From: an uncultured Acidobacteriota bacterium
GTDB lineage: Bacteria > Acidobacteriota > Vicinamibacteria > Vicinamibacterales > UBA2999
DNA: 64,000 nt
Reading direction: 5' to 3'
Assembly (NCBI GenBank): GCA_963786365.1
Contig: CAWAYR010000024.1
Location: 145,960 to 209,959 of the forward strand
Shown: piece after piece, positions 50,881 through 61,323 of the stretch
Numbering within the stretch: position 1 is the first letter of the stretch
Layout: each line of letters begins with the position of its first letter
Program-made: the position numbers and the translations under genes
Notes under the pieces: model-generated
What the model was told of the DNA's origin: nothing
Seen by the model: only the letters and a program-made list of their open reading frames with translations
Database searches by the model: none

Positions 50881-53025
50881 GTGATCGGGGACTCGATGGC
50901 CGGCCGTGTGACACCGGGACGCTCCAGGGGACGGGCCCCGGTGGTCGCCAGCCTCGCTGTCGCACTCGCGCTGGTCGGGGCCTGTGCGCGCACGGCGCCG
51001 CCGCCGCCGCCGTCAATGCGCCGTGACGGCGCGCGCGGCCAGCACGTGCTGGTCGTCACCATCGACACCCTCCGGCGCGACCGGCTCGGCGCCTATGGCC
51101 ATGCCGGCGGCCTGACGCCGGCCCTCGACGGCCTGGCCGCGCGTGGAGTGCGGGCGACGCACGCCTTCTCGCACGTGCCCCAGACGCTGCCCGCACATGC
51201 GTCGATCCTCACCGGGCGGACTCCAGTGCGCCACGGCCTGCATCTGAACGGCGCGGCCCGGCTGGCCGCCGACGTGCCGACGCTGGCGACGGTGTTTTCG
51301 GCGGCGGGATATCGGACCGGCGCGTTCGTCGGTGCGTTCGTCCTCGACGACCGCTACGGGCTCGGCCGCGGCTTCGACCTCTACGACGATCGACTGCCGC
51401 CTGGGAACGGTCAGACTTTTCTCTACGCCGAGCGGCGGGCCGAGGCCGTCGTCCAGGCCGCTGGCGACTGGATCCTCGGGGCCGGACCGTCGCCGTGGCT
51501 GGCGTGGGTCCACCTGTTCGATCCACACGCGCCCTACGACGCGCCGCCGCCGGTCGTGGCCGGCCGTCAAGCGTACGATGCCGAGGTGGCGTATACCGAC
51601 GCGATGCTGGGGCGGCTGCTCGATCGCTTGCGTCAGGGCGGCGTTCTCGATCACACGCTGGTCGTCGTCACCGCCGATCATGGCGAGGCGCTCGGCGACC
51701 ACGGTGAGCGCACGCACGGGCTGTTCGCCTACGACGCCACCCTCGCCGTCCCGCTGATTTTCAGCGGCCCTGGCGCCGGCGCCGGCGTCATCGACGGCCC
51801 GGTCGGCCACGCCGACCTCCTGCCGACGCTGGTGGCCATGGCCGGCGTGCCGGCGCCCTCCGGTATGGACGGACTGCCGCTGACCGATCCCCTGCCCGCC
51901 GATCGGTCCATCTACTTCGAAGCGCTCGATGCCAACCTGACGCGTGGATGGGCGCCGCTGTCCGGCGTGGTCACCGCGGCCTGGAAGTACATTCACCTGC
52001 CCGAGGCCGAGCTCTACGATCGTGCGCGCGACGGCGCCGAGACCGCCAACCTGGCGGCGCGTGATCCCGAGCGCGTCGCGACCCTCGAACGTGCGCGTGT
52101 CGCCTGGGCCAGCCGCGAGGTCGCGGCGGCGCCCGCCGTCGCCGCCGACGCTGATGCGGAACGCCGGCTGCGCGCCCTCGGGTACGTGGCCAGTGCAACG
52201 CGCCCGGCCATCGCCGCCGCCCATTCGGCCGGCGACGATCCCAAGCGCCTCGTCGCCTTGCACGAGCGCTTCAACGCCGCGCTCGAGGCGTTCACCGCCG
52301 GCCGTGCCGGTGAGGCGTTGACGATGTTGCAGGCGGTGCTGGCCGAGCGGCCGGACTTCACCACGGCGCGCACCAGCGCGGCGACCGTGCTGCTGGCGGG
52401 GGGCCGAGCGCGCGAGGCCGTGGCGATCCTGCGGGCCGCTCCGGCCGATGGCCAGGGCGCGGCCGACATCCAGGCCAAGCTCGGCGCGGCGCTTCGCGAG
52501 GCCGGCGATCTGCGCGCCGCCGCCGCGGCCCTCGAACGGGCACGGATCCTGGGCGACACCAACCCGGAGCTGGCCAACGACCTCGGCGTCGTCTACGCCC
52601 GGCTCGGACGCGCCGAGGACGCCCGTGCCCAGTTCCGGAGCCTGCTCGCGATCGATCCGCAATCGGCCGCGACATGGAACAACCTCGGCGTGCTCGAGCT
52701 CTCGGCCGGCCGGCTCGAGGCCGCGGCCGAGGCGTTCCGGCACGCGGTCGCCGCCGACCCGTCGTACGGGGACGCGTGGCAGGGGCTCGGCGCCGCGCTC
52801 GCCGACCGGGATCGCGCCGCCGCCGTCGAGGCCTGGCGCCGTGCCGAGCGGCTGCTGCCGCGCGACTACGACCTGCTGTTCAATCTGGCCATGGCGCTCG
52901 CCGCCGGCGAGCGTGCGGCCGAGGCCCTGCCGTATGTCGATCGGTTCCTGGCCGAGGCGCCGCCGGCACGCTATGCCGCCGATCTCGCGCGGATGCGCTC
53001 GGTGCGCGCGAGGCTGCGTCCGTGA
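50881..53025 (+). CDS. Lipoprotein: alkaline-phosphatase-superfamily (sulfatase-like) domain + TPR repeats, paralog 2 (intact)
   Basis: 714-aa ORF with lipobox LVGAC. Motifs are VVTIDTLRRDRLG, VPQTLPAHASILTG and VTADHGEALGDHGERTHG, followed by C-terminal TPR repeats. Confidence 0.8.
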   Translation: MIGDSMAGRVTPGRSRGRAPVVASLAVALALVGACARTAPPPPPSMRRDGARGQHVLVVTIDTLRRDRLGAYGHAGGLTPALDGLAARGVRATHAFSHVPQTLPAHASILTGRTPVRHGLHLNGAARLAADVPTLATVFSAAGYRTGAFVGAFVLDDRYGLGRGFDLYDDRLPPGNGQTFLYAERRAEAVVQAAGDWILGAGPSPWLAWVHLFDPHAPYDAPPPVVAGRQAYDAEVAYTDAMLGRLLDRLRQGGVLDHTLVVVTADHGEALGDHGERTHGLFAYDATLAVPLIFSGPGAGAGVIDGPVGHADLLPTLVAMAGVPAPSGMDGLPLTDPLPADRSIYFEALDANLTRGWAPLSGVVTAAWKYIHLPEAELYDRARDGAETANLAARDPERVATLERARVAWASREVAAAPAVAADADAERRLRALGYVASATRPAIAAAHSAGDDPKRLVALHERFNAALEAFTAGRAGEALTMLQAVLAERPDFTTARTSAATVLLAGGRAREAVAILRAAPADGQGAADIQAKLGAALREAGDLRAAAAALERARILGDTNPELANDLGVVYARLGRAEDARAQFRSLLAIDPQSAATWNNLGVLELSAGRLEAAAEAFRHAVAADPSYGDAWQGLGAALADRDRAAAVEAWRRAERLLPRDYDLLFNLAMALAAGERAAEALPYVDRFLAEAPPARYAADLARMRSVRARLRP

Positions 53026-55053
53026 CCGGCCGATTCGTCACCGTGACGCTGGCACTGGCGCTGGGAGCGCTGGCGGGATGCCGGTCAGGCACGACGACGC
53101 CGGGCCCCGCCACCGCTGGCCCGCCAGAGGCGTTGCGTCATGCCAACGTCCTGCTGATCACGATCGACACGCTGCGCGCCGACCGCGTCGGCGCCTACGG
53201 CAGCCGGGCCGGGCTGACCCCGACCCTCGACCGGCTCGCCGCCGAAGGCGTGCGGATCGACCGCGCCTACGCGCACGTGCCGCTGACGCTGCCCTCGCAC
53301 ACCACCCTGATGACCGGCGCGCTGCCGTTCACCAACGGCGTTCGCGACAACGGATCGTTCCGCTTCGACCAACAGCGGCCGACGCTGGCCACGACGCTGA
53401 AGGGCGCCGGCTATCGCACCGGCGCGTTCGTCGCGTCGTTCGTGCTCGATGCCCGCTTCGGCCTCAACGCCGGCTTCGACGACTACGACGATCGCAACGG
53501 CTCGCGCCCGGCCGGCGGCGACCTGGCCGTGCTCGAGCGCCGGGCCGACGCCATGGTCGACGCCGCCCTGGCCTGGATCGGCCCGGCGTCGGCGGCCGCG
53601 TCGCCGTGGTTCGCCTGGCTGCACCTCTACGATCCCCACGATCCCTACGATTCCGCCCGAGCCGTTCAAGTCGCGGCTGGCAGGCGACGCCTACGGCGCC
53701 GAAGTTGCCTTTGCCGACGCGCAGGTGGGACGCGCCCTGCAGGCCCTGCGGGATCGCGGCCAGCTCGATCGCACGCTGGTCGTCGTCGCCGCCGATCATG
53801 GCGAGTCGCTCGGCGAGCACCAGGAACGGACGCACGGCCTGTTCGTCTACGACGCGACGATGCGGGTGCCGCTGCTGCTGTGGGCGCCGGCGGCGCTGCC
53901 GCCGGCCGTGGTGCCCGGCCCGGTCGGCCTGGCCGACGTGATGCCGACGGTGCTCGACCTGGTCGGCGTGACCGCGGTCCCGGGCGACGGGCGCAGCCTG
54001 TGGCCGGCGGCACGTGGCCAGGCCCTCGAGGACCGCGACGTCTACCTCGAAGCGCTCAACGCCAACCTGACCCGGCACTGGGCCCCGCTCACCGCGCTGG
54101 TCGCCGGCGCGACGAAGTTCATCGACCTGCCCGAGGCCGAGCTCTACGATCTGGCGGCCGACCCGGGCGAGACCCGCAACCTGCACGCCGCGCAGCCGGA
54201 GACGGCGGCGCCGGTGGCCCGCCGCTTGTTCGCGCTGCGCGCGCGCGGCCGGCCGGCGGCGCCGTCGGCGGTTGACGCCGAGACGGAGCGCCGGCTGCGT
54301 TCGCTCGGCTACCTCGTCACCCCGGCGCCCGCGACCGGTGACGGGCGCGCGTACGGCGCACAGGACGATCCCAAGGCGCTCGTCGGCCTGCACAACGCCC
54401 TCGACGACGCGCTCGCCGCGGTGAAGGCGGGGCGAGGGCCCGAGGCCGAGCGCCTGCTGAAGGGCGTGATCGCCGCCCGGCCCGACTTCACCGTCGCCCA
54501 CGACCGGCTGGCGCAGCTCTATCGCGACAGCGGCCGGTTGCGCCAGGCGGTGGCGACGCTGGAGGCGTCATCGCGCGCCGGCCACGCCGACGCCGCCTCG
54601 CTCGCGGCGCTCGGCGGCTACCTGCAGGAGGCCGGCAACCTGGCCCGGGCCGCCGAGGTGCTGGAGGCGGCTCGCGCCCTCAACCCCGCCGAGATGGAGG
54701 TCTACGAGAAGCTCGGGATCACCTACACGCGGCTGGGCCGCGCCGAGCAGGCGCACGCGATGTTCGCCCATCTGCTGTCGGTGGCCCCCAATTCGGCGAC
54801 GACGCTCAACAACCTCGGCTCGCTCTATCTGAGCCAGCGACGCTGGGACGAGGCCGTTCGGACGTTGACCAGGGCCCTGGCCATCGACCCGACGCTGGCC
54901 AACGCCCACAACGGCCTCGGCGTGGCCCATGCCCAGCAGGGCGACTTCGACCGGGCGATCGCCGAGTGGCGGGCGGCGCTGGCCCTGCGGCCCGATCTGA
55001 CCGACGCCCGCGACAACATCGCCCGCGCCGAGCAGCTGAAGCGCCAGAAATAG
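53022..55053 (+). CDS. Lipoprotein: alkaline-phosphatase-superfamily (sulfatase-like) domain + TPR repeats, paralog 3; one frame change at about 53651
   Basis: The GTG at 53022 overlaps the previous stop (GTGA). Lipobox LAGC. Motifs are LITIDTLRADRVG, VPLTLPSHTTLMTG and AADHGESLGEHQERTHG, followed by TPR repeats. Removing one T of the TT at 53651-53652 restores YDPPEPFK. Confidence 0.8.
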
Positions 55054-55055
55054 AA

Positions 55056-55087
55056 CGGGGGCGGTCCACCGAAGTGAACCGCCCCCG
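55056..55087. terminator. Bidirectional-type GC hairpin between convergent genes
   Basis: CGGGGGCGGT / ACCGCCCCCG, a 10-bp perfect stem with a 12-nt loop, 2 nt after the TAG at 55051-55053. Confidence 0.5.
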
Positions 55088-55121
55088 CGTGACCGTCTAC
55101 GGGCAGTCGTCGAGGTCTTCC

Positions 55122-55142
55122 CTAGCCCCTAGCCCCTGTTCC
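55122..55142. repeat. Heptamer array CTAGCCC x2 ending in CTGTTCC
   Basis: CTAGCCC CTAGCCC CTGTTCC, 10 nt beyond the stop (55152-55154) of the minus-strand TonB receptor gene. Same family and same CTGTTC ending as 61172-61206. Confidence 0.7.
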
Positions 55143-55151
55143 GGCCGACCT

Positions 55152-58063
55152 CTAGAACTCCAGCCGGGCGCCGACCATGAACACCCGCGGATCGAGCACC
55201 GCGGTCACCCGCTTGTAGCTCGGGCCGAGCGTCAGCGAGAAGTTCGTGACCGCCTCGGAGTTGAGCACGTTGTAGATGTCGAGCATGCCCGACACCTTGA
55301 AGCGGCCGACGTCGAAGGCCTTGTCGAGCCGGAAGTTCAGCAGGCTGACGTTGTCGGAGCGATCGTCGCTCAGGTTGTCGCGGAAGAAGGGCGCCTCGAA
55401 GTTCGAGAGGTTCAGCCCCGGGGAGGTGTCGCCGTCGGCGACGATCGGCGAGAACGGGAAGCCGCTCTGGTAGCGCCAGTTGGCGGCGAAGCCGATCTGC
55501 CACGGGAACGTGTAGCGGCCCAGGAACTGGTAGTGCCACACGGTGGTCTCCTGCCGGTTGGGCACGGACGGGTTCGGCGTGAAGTAGAAGCCGATGCTGG
55601 ATCGGATCCGCGGACAGCGGGCTCGTGCTGACGGCCTGCGCGTTGTTCGACGCCGACCGGAAATCGTTGCGCCACTGGTAGTCGGCGCTGGTCTGCACGA
55701 AGAAGTTGCTGATGCGCTTCTGGTAGGCCACTTCCACCGTGTCGTAGTTGAAGTTGCCGTCCGGGTAGTTGCCGTACAGGCCGTTGGTCTGGTCGGCGAT
55801 GGCATCGGGCACGTCGAGCAGGGTCAGCACCTCGCCGGTGGCCCCGACGGTCTGGCGCGTCGGCACGTTGACGTTGCCGATCCACGCCTCGATCAGGTTG
55901 GTGCCGTAGAACGACGCGAAGTCGTTGTGGTTCTTGCGGACGTAGGTGAAGCGGGCCGACGACTCACCGGGCAGCTGGAACTCGAGCGACCCGCTGATCT
56001 CGTCGGTGTACGGCGTCTTGAAGTCGGGATCGACCGGCGTGCTGTCGGCGCCCGACGCGCAGGCGCAGCGTGCCGAGCTCCGACGGCCCGTCGTAGCGCT
56101 GGTTGCGGTTCTGGTCGAGGAAGTTGTATTCCGCAATCGACTGGCCGCCCGGATTGATCGCCGAGAAGCCGTCCGCAAGGTTGTTGTAGTAGCGCCCGTA
56201 GAACGCCTTCAGCACCACCTGGCCGGTGCCCTTCAGGTCCCAGGTCGCGCCGAGCCGCGGCGCGAAGTTGGTGTTGGAGAGGATCGTCGGCCCCGGTCAC
56301 CTCCGTACTGACCGGGAAGATCCTGGTGCCGTCGGACAAGACATCAGTGAATACAGGTTTGCGCGTCGCGTCGTCGTATCCGACCCGCTGGTAGTCGAAG
56401 CGGAGGCCCACGGTGAAGGTCAGCTTGTTGTTCGGCGCCCAGCGATCCTGGAGGTAGGCGGCGTAGTGCATGTCGGTGTTCGCACCCACCGTCCAGCCGC
56501 TGGCATAGTCGGACGCCACGCCGGTATCGACGAATCGGATCCGATCGGGCGCGCAGGTCGTGTCGGCGCAGGGGTAGGAGTAGCGGATGCCGCCCGACGT
56601 CCCGTTGTGGCCGTAGCGATACGAGTCGAGGATGCTCTCGAACCCGAACTTGAAGTCGTGGCTGCCGGCCTTCTCGGGCAGGTAGTAGGTGAGCTGGGCC
56701 TTGACCTGCGGCTTCTTGCGGTAGGTCGAGAAGGCGTTCCAGCCGGCGCCGGCCACTGCCGTGGTGGCGCGGAACAGCTTCGGGGCGTTGGTCGCCGGGT
56801 CGACCTTGACCGCCATCGGCCAATCGAGCGAGAAGTTGCCGACGTTCACGTTGAAGAAGGTGCGATCGGTGAGCACCTTCTGCCACTCGCCCTTGTACAT
56901 CCGCGAGTAGCTGTCCTGGGCGCGCACGGATTCTTCGGGCAGCAGTGACGAGATGCCGCGCCGCGGCTTCTGCTTCCGGCCCTGCTGGTAGTAGCCGATG
57001 ACGGTGTCGTTCTGCCCGGGCTTCCAGGTGGCCTTGCCGGTGTAGTTGTCGAAGATGCCGAGGTCCGAGAACTCTTCGGGCTGGCCCGACACCAGCTTGT
57101 CGATCTTGAAGTGGTTGTAGGCGCCGTAGAACCACAGCTTGTCGCGCACGATGCGCCCGCCCAGATCGACGTGGCCCTCCCAGAAGAGCAGGTTGGGATT
57201 GGCGCACTGCGGAAGGCCGGCGGCGTTGTTCGGGCACTGGTAGCCCTTCTCGGCCATGTCGCGCGGCTCGGCGTTGCTGCCGACGAAGCTGCCCGGCTCG
57301 TAGCTGACGTGGTACAGGCCCTTGAACTCGTTGCCGCCGCTCTTGACGGTGGTCACGATGGCGGCGCCGCCGGAATTCATCTCGACGTCGGCGCCGAGGG
57401 CGCTGATCGAGACCTCCTCGTTGGCGTAGTAGTCCTCGTAGAACCCGGTGCCGCCGACGCCCTCGGTGTGGTCGATGCCGTCGGAGACGACGCGCGCCTG
57501 GTTCTGGATGCCGAAGCTCTCGTAGCCCGACTGCTGGCTCTTGTGGCTGCCGCCGACGTCGAAGCCCTGCATGCGCACGCCCGGCGCTTCGGCGAGAGCG
57601 GCCCACACGTCGGTGGAGTTCGGCACCGCGATCAGCTCGTCGCCCTTCAGGCTGGTGCCGATCTTGGTCGTCGAGGCGTCGACCAGCGGCGACGCGCCGG
57701 TGACCGTGATGCGCTCGGTCAGGCCGCCGACTTCCAGTTTGGCGTCGAACGAGATCGTCTGTCCGAGGATGACGGCGATGTTGTCGCGGTCGAACGGCTT
57801 GAAGCCCGACAACTCGAAGGTCAGCTTGTAAACGCCCGAGGGCATCCCCGGAAACAGGTAGGTGCCATCAGCCTGCGTGACGGTGGTGCGTTGGCCAATC
57901 AACGACGGCGACGTGGCCGTGACCGTGACGCCGGGCAACACCGCGCCCTGCGCGTCGGTGACGGTGCCGGCCAAGCGGCCCTGGCCAATCTGCGCGTACG
58001 CTGGCGACGCCACGGCGGCGACAGTGCCGCCACGACGACGATCCGTCCAATCCGCGATTTCAT
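55152..58063 (-). CDS. TonB-dependent receptor with an N-terminal CarboxypepD_reg-like domain; at least 4 frame changes
   Basis: GGAGGA then ATG at 58063 (MKSRIGRIVVVAAL). Then GRLAGTVTDAQGAVLPGVTVTATS...ITVTGASPLVD (ORF 55893..58133). Segments follow in ORFs 55964, 55129 and 55152, ending in the classical ...VFMVGARLEF terminus. Confidence 0.8.
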
Positions 58064-58194
58064 ATGGAGTCCTCCCAAAGTCAAGGTCGAACAAACCAGA
58101 ACGTCCGGTAGGTGGAGTCGTCGAGACAAACAATTGGTGACAAGGCAGTGACGCCTGAAGACAGCGCCCTCGTGGCGAATCCTAGCGGGGCTGG

Positions 58195-58239
58195 GGCGGC
58201 CCCTCAAGCCAAAAGTCGAGCTTGAGCCGGGGGGCCGCC
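58195..58239 (-). terminator. Long imperfect hairpin between the lipoprotein gene and the TonB receptor gene
   Basis: Outer arms GGCGGCCCC / GGGGCCGCC enclose inner arms CTCAAGC / GCTTGAG. It lies 84 nt downstream of the lipoprotein stop on the minus strand. Confidence 0.35.
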
Positions 58240-58322
58240 GCGAAGGGAGGGACGAGCAGCGGGTCGAGCGGGAGCGGGAATTGCCTAGGGAATCAGCGGG
58301 CGATTGGCCGAGGGCCGCGGCT

Positions 58323-59031
58323 TTACTTGCCCAGGCCGGCCAGCTTGCCGAAGTCGACCTGCCCCGCAAAGTCGTGCAACTGCTTCATGTCTGTGAGCTT
58401 GTCGCCCTCGAGCGAGACCAGGAAGCGCTTGGCGACCACCAGGTTCAGCTCGCCCGACTTTCGCCGGTCGTTCCATTTCTCGAAGCCGGGATGGCCGGCC
58501 AGCGTCGTCGACTTCTCGTAGCCGTCGTCGGTTTCTTTCTCGTAGCCGGCGGACAGGAACATCGCCCATGGGGCCACCAGCATCTGCTGGAAGGCCGAGT
58601 CGACGATCTTCACTTCGATCTGCGCGTCGCCCATGCGGTAGCGCGTCTCGGTCTGGGAGAAGGCGACCGGGGAGGTCATGCGCTCGCCCTTGGGCTTGTC
58701 CATGGTCCAGCCGTTCACCGACGGGAACGCGGTCTGCAAATCACGGAAGCTGACCGGATCGGCGGCCTTGCCGCCGGCCGATGCGCCAGCCATGGCCGTG
58801 GCCATGCCCTGCATCGCCTTGGCGAACTCGTCCATGCCCTTGGCGGCATCGGTGCCAGCGGCGGCGCCCTGTCTGCGCGGCGGCGGCGCCGGCCTGGGCC
58901 ATCGCCTCGGTGGCCTTCTCGGTGGCGGCCTTCAGCTCCTCGGCCGCCTTCTCCTCGGGCGACTTCCCGCAGCCGACCGACAGCAGGGCAGTGACGCCGA
59001 CGACCACGGCAGACGACAGGACGTGACGCAT
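58323..59031 (-). CDS. Hypothetical lipoprotein; one frame change near 58870
   Basis: Starts MRHVLSSAVVVGVTALLSVGCGKSPEE (lipobox) at 59031 in the frame of ORF 58741. It continues in ORF 58323..58835 (MDEFAKAMQG...). Confidence 0.55.
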
Positions 59032-59509
59032 GCGAGGGACCTCCACGACCGCGGCGCGGCCGAATTCGGTGTTCCCGGATGATAGCGCGAGAGTTCCGGC
59101 CGGTCCCTCATGGGCCGGCGCGGTCGGTGTGCACTCGCGGGAGCGCCGAGGGCTCACGCCCGAGACCGCGTGTCGCCAGCTGCTCGAGGCACGGCGCCAC
59201 GCCGCGCTGCACGTCTCCACGTCGCCGTCGCCCGAGCGCCGCGACGGCCGCGCCGCCACGCCGCGCCGCTCTCGCAGTCAGCGCCGCGCCGAAGGCGCCG
59301 GCCGATGGCGTCGCCGGCCTCGCGCCACGCCCTCACCCTGGCCGGGCCGCAGTGACTTCGGCGGCCTGACACGATTCGCGACACGCGCTGGCCAATTCGG
59401 TCAGCCGCGGCCCGCGATCGGCGGCGCTGCGGCCGCGAAATCCTCAGGAAACGACCGCCGTACGGCCGCGGCGGGCAGCGGCAAGGACTTTGCGATTCCG
59501 CCGGCTGTG

Positions 59510-61059
59510 ATGCGTCCCGCCGCCGCACGATTGCTCGCCTTCGCACTGGTCGTCGCCGCTGGGGCCACCGCCCTCGGCCAATCGTCGCCGCCGACGATCG
59601 GCGGCGCCTTGCCGCCGCTCTTCCCGGCCGACAACTGGTGGAATCAGGACGTGAGCCAGGCGCCGCTGGCGCCGGAGTCGGCCGCCCTGATCGGCTTCAT
59701 CAACAACGGCGGCAATCGCCGGCTGCATCCCGACTTCGGCGGCGTCGCCGGACCGAACGAAATCTACGGCATCCCCTACGTCGTCGTGCCCGGCACCCAA
59801 CCCAAGCGACAGGTGCAGTTCTATTACGACGACGAGAGCGACGGCGTCGGCCAGGCGTTCTACCCGATCCCCGATCAGGCGATCACGCAACCGTACTGGA
59901 TCGAAGGCGGGGCGCCGGGCAATCAGGCCCCGGGCGGCGACCGCCACATGCTGATCGTCGACCGCGACAACAAGCGCCTCTACGAGCTGTTCGATCTGGG
60001 CTGGGACGGCACCAAGTGGACCGCCGGCTCCGGCGCGTATTTCGATCTGCAGGCCAACGGCCGCCGTCCCGACGGCTGGACCTCGGCGGATGCGGCGGGA
60101 CTGGCGATCCTGCCCGGCCTCGTCAAGTACGACGAGGTCTACGGCGCCGGCGAGATCACCCATGCGCTTCCGCGTCACGGTGCGCGCCACCAACAGCTTC
60201 TACGTGTGGCCGGCGTCGCACGTGGCCGGCAGCAACAGCGCGGCGCCGCCCAACGGCACACGGCTGCGGATGAAGGCGTCGAAGGACATCTCCGGTTATC
60301 CGCCGGAGATGCAGAAGATCTTCCGCGCGATGAAGAAGTACGGCCTCATCGTCGCCGACAACGGATCGGACATGTACATCGGCGGCGCCTTCGATCCGCG
60401 CTGGAACAACGACGTGCTCAACCCGGCGTTCCACAGCCTCCACGCCAACGACTTCGAGGTGGTTCAGCTCGGCTGGCGCGGCACGACCGGGCCGCCGCAA
60501 CCGCCGTGCACCCTGCCGGCCGCGCCGGCGAATCTGTGGTCGTCGGTCACCGGCTACGGCGTGTCGCTCGGCTGGACGCCGCCCACCGGCGCCCTCGCCG
60601 GTCACGTACTCGACGTCGGCTCGGGTCCGGGTCAGACCAACATCGGCTCGCTGCCAATTGCGGCACCCGCGGCCAGCTTCGCCGCGACGGCGCCGGCAGG
60701 ACGCTACTACGTGCGGGTGCGCGCCGGCTCGGCCTGCGGCGTGGGCGCGGCGTCGAACGAGATCGTGCTCGACGTGCCGTCAGGGTGCGGCGTGCCCACG
60801 GCGCCGGGCACCCTGGCCTACTCGCGCATCGCGCGCACCGTCGTCGCTGGCCTGGGGACCGGCGTCGAGTGCCACGACCTACGTCGTGGAGGCCGGCTAC
60901 AGCCCTGGGGCCGTCAACGCCGCGATCCTCGATGTCGGCGCGTCTCTCTCGATCGGGGGTCCCGTGCCTCCCGCCACCTATTACGTGCGGGTCCGGGGCC
61001 GGAACGGCTGCGGGCAGCTGGGGCCGGCGGGCAACGAGATCGTGGTCGTCGTACCTTGA
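59510..61059 (+). CDS. Secreted protein of unknown function with two C-terminal Fn3-like modules; 2 frame changes (about 60170, about 60850)
   Basis: Starts MRPAAARLLAFALVVAAGATALGQ. The conserved-looking core is PADNWWNQDVS...RLHPDFG...GDRHMLIVDRDNKRLYELF...WTSADAAGLAILPGL. It is followed by two YYVRVRA/G...CG...NEIVxxVP modules. Confidence 0.6.
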
Positions 61060-61062
61060 TCA

Positions 61063-61093
61063 GCGGTGGCGGCTAGCGGCTAGCGACCACCGC
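61063..61093 (+). terminator. Hairpin whose loop is an inverted heptamer pair (CGGCTAG x2)
   Basis: GCGGTGG (61063-61069) / CCACCGC (61087-61093), a 7-bp stem. The loop CGGCTAGCGGCTAGCGA is the reverse complement of the CTAGCCG heptamers at 61172-61199. It starts 4 nt after the TGA at 61057-61059. Confidence 0.4.
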
Positions 61094-61094
61094 C

Positions 61095-61168
61095 GTCACA
61101 CTGTTCAGGCGGTCACGCTGTCACGCTCTCACGCCGTACACATTGCCACGCTGGCATGCGTCGCCATG
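61095..61168. repeat. Degenerate octamer array (GTCACGCT family), about 9 units
   Basis: GTCACACT GTTCAGGC g GTCACGCT GTCACGCT CTCACGCC GTACACATT GCCACGCT GGCATGCG TCGCCATG. The exact dimer GTCACGCTGTCACGCT also occurs at 45476-45491. Confidence 0.7.
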
Positions 61169-61171
61169 AGT

Positions 61172-61206
61172 CTAGCCGCTAGCCCCTAGCCGCTAGCCGC
61201 TGTTCG
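61172..61206. repeat. Heptamer array CTAGCCS x4 ending in CTGTTCG
   Basis: CTAGCCG CTAGCCC CTAGCCG CTAGCCG CTGTTCG, 118 nt upstream of the ADOP permease start. It is complementary to the loop heptamers at 61070-61083. Confidence 0.85.
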
Positions 61207-61323
61207 AGAATCAACGGCGGCGTCCCACTGGCGCACACCGGCGGCGGGGGCGAGGCGTACGACACGCTGATCTCGGCGGGTTCCAGGTGCGGCGCTGGCA
61301 GGCCGCTTGCTGATTGGCCGGCC

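Noticed and set aside
49295-52743. Minus-strand ORFs 49295..51016 (573 aa) and 51013..52743 (576 aa)
   Set aside because: They are antisense to the PLD-like, proline-racemase-family and AlkP-TPR genes, all of which show catalytic motifs on the plus strand. These are shadow ORFs.
58064-58322. Possible riboswitch (for example cobalamin) in the 260-nt leader of the TonB receptor gene
   Set aside because: Only a weak resemblance (GTCACTGCC versus the B12-box core) was seen, with none of the other conserved elements visible. The prominent structure looks like the terminator of the upstream lipoprotein gene. A cmscan would be needed.
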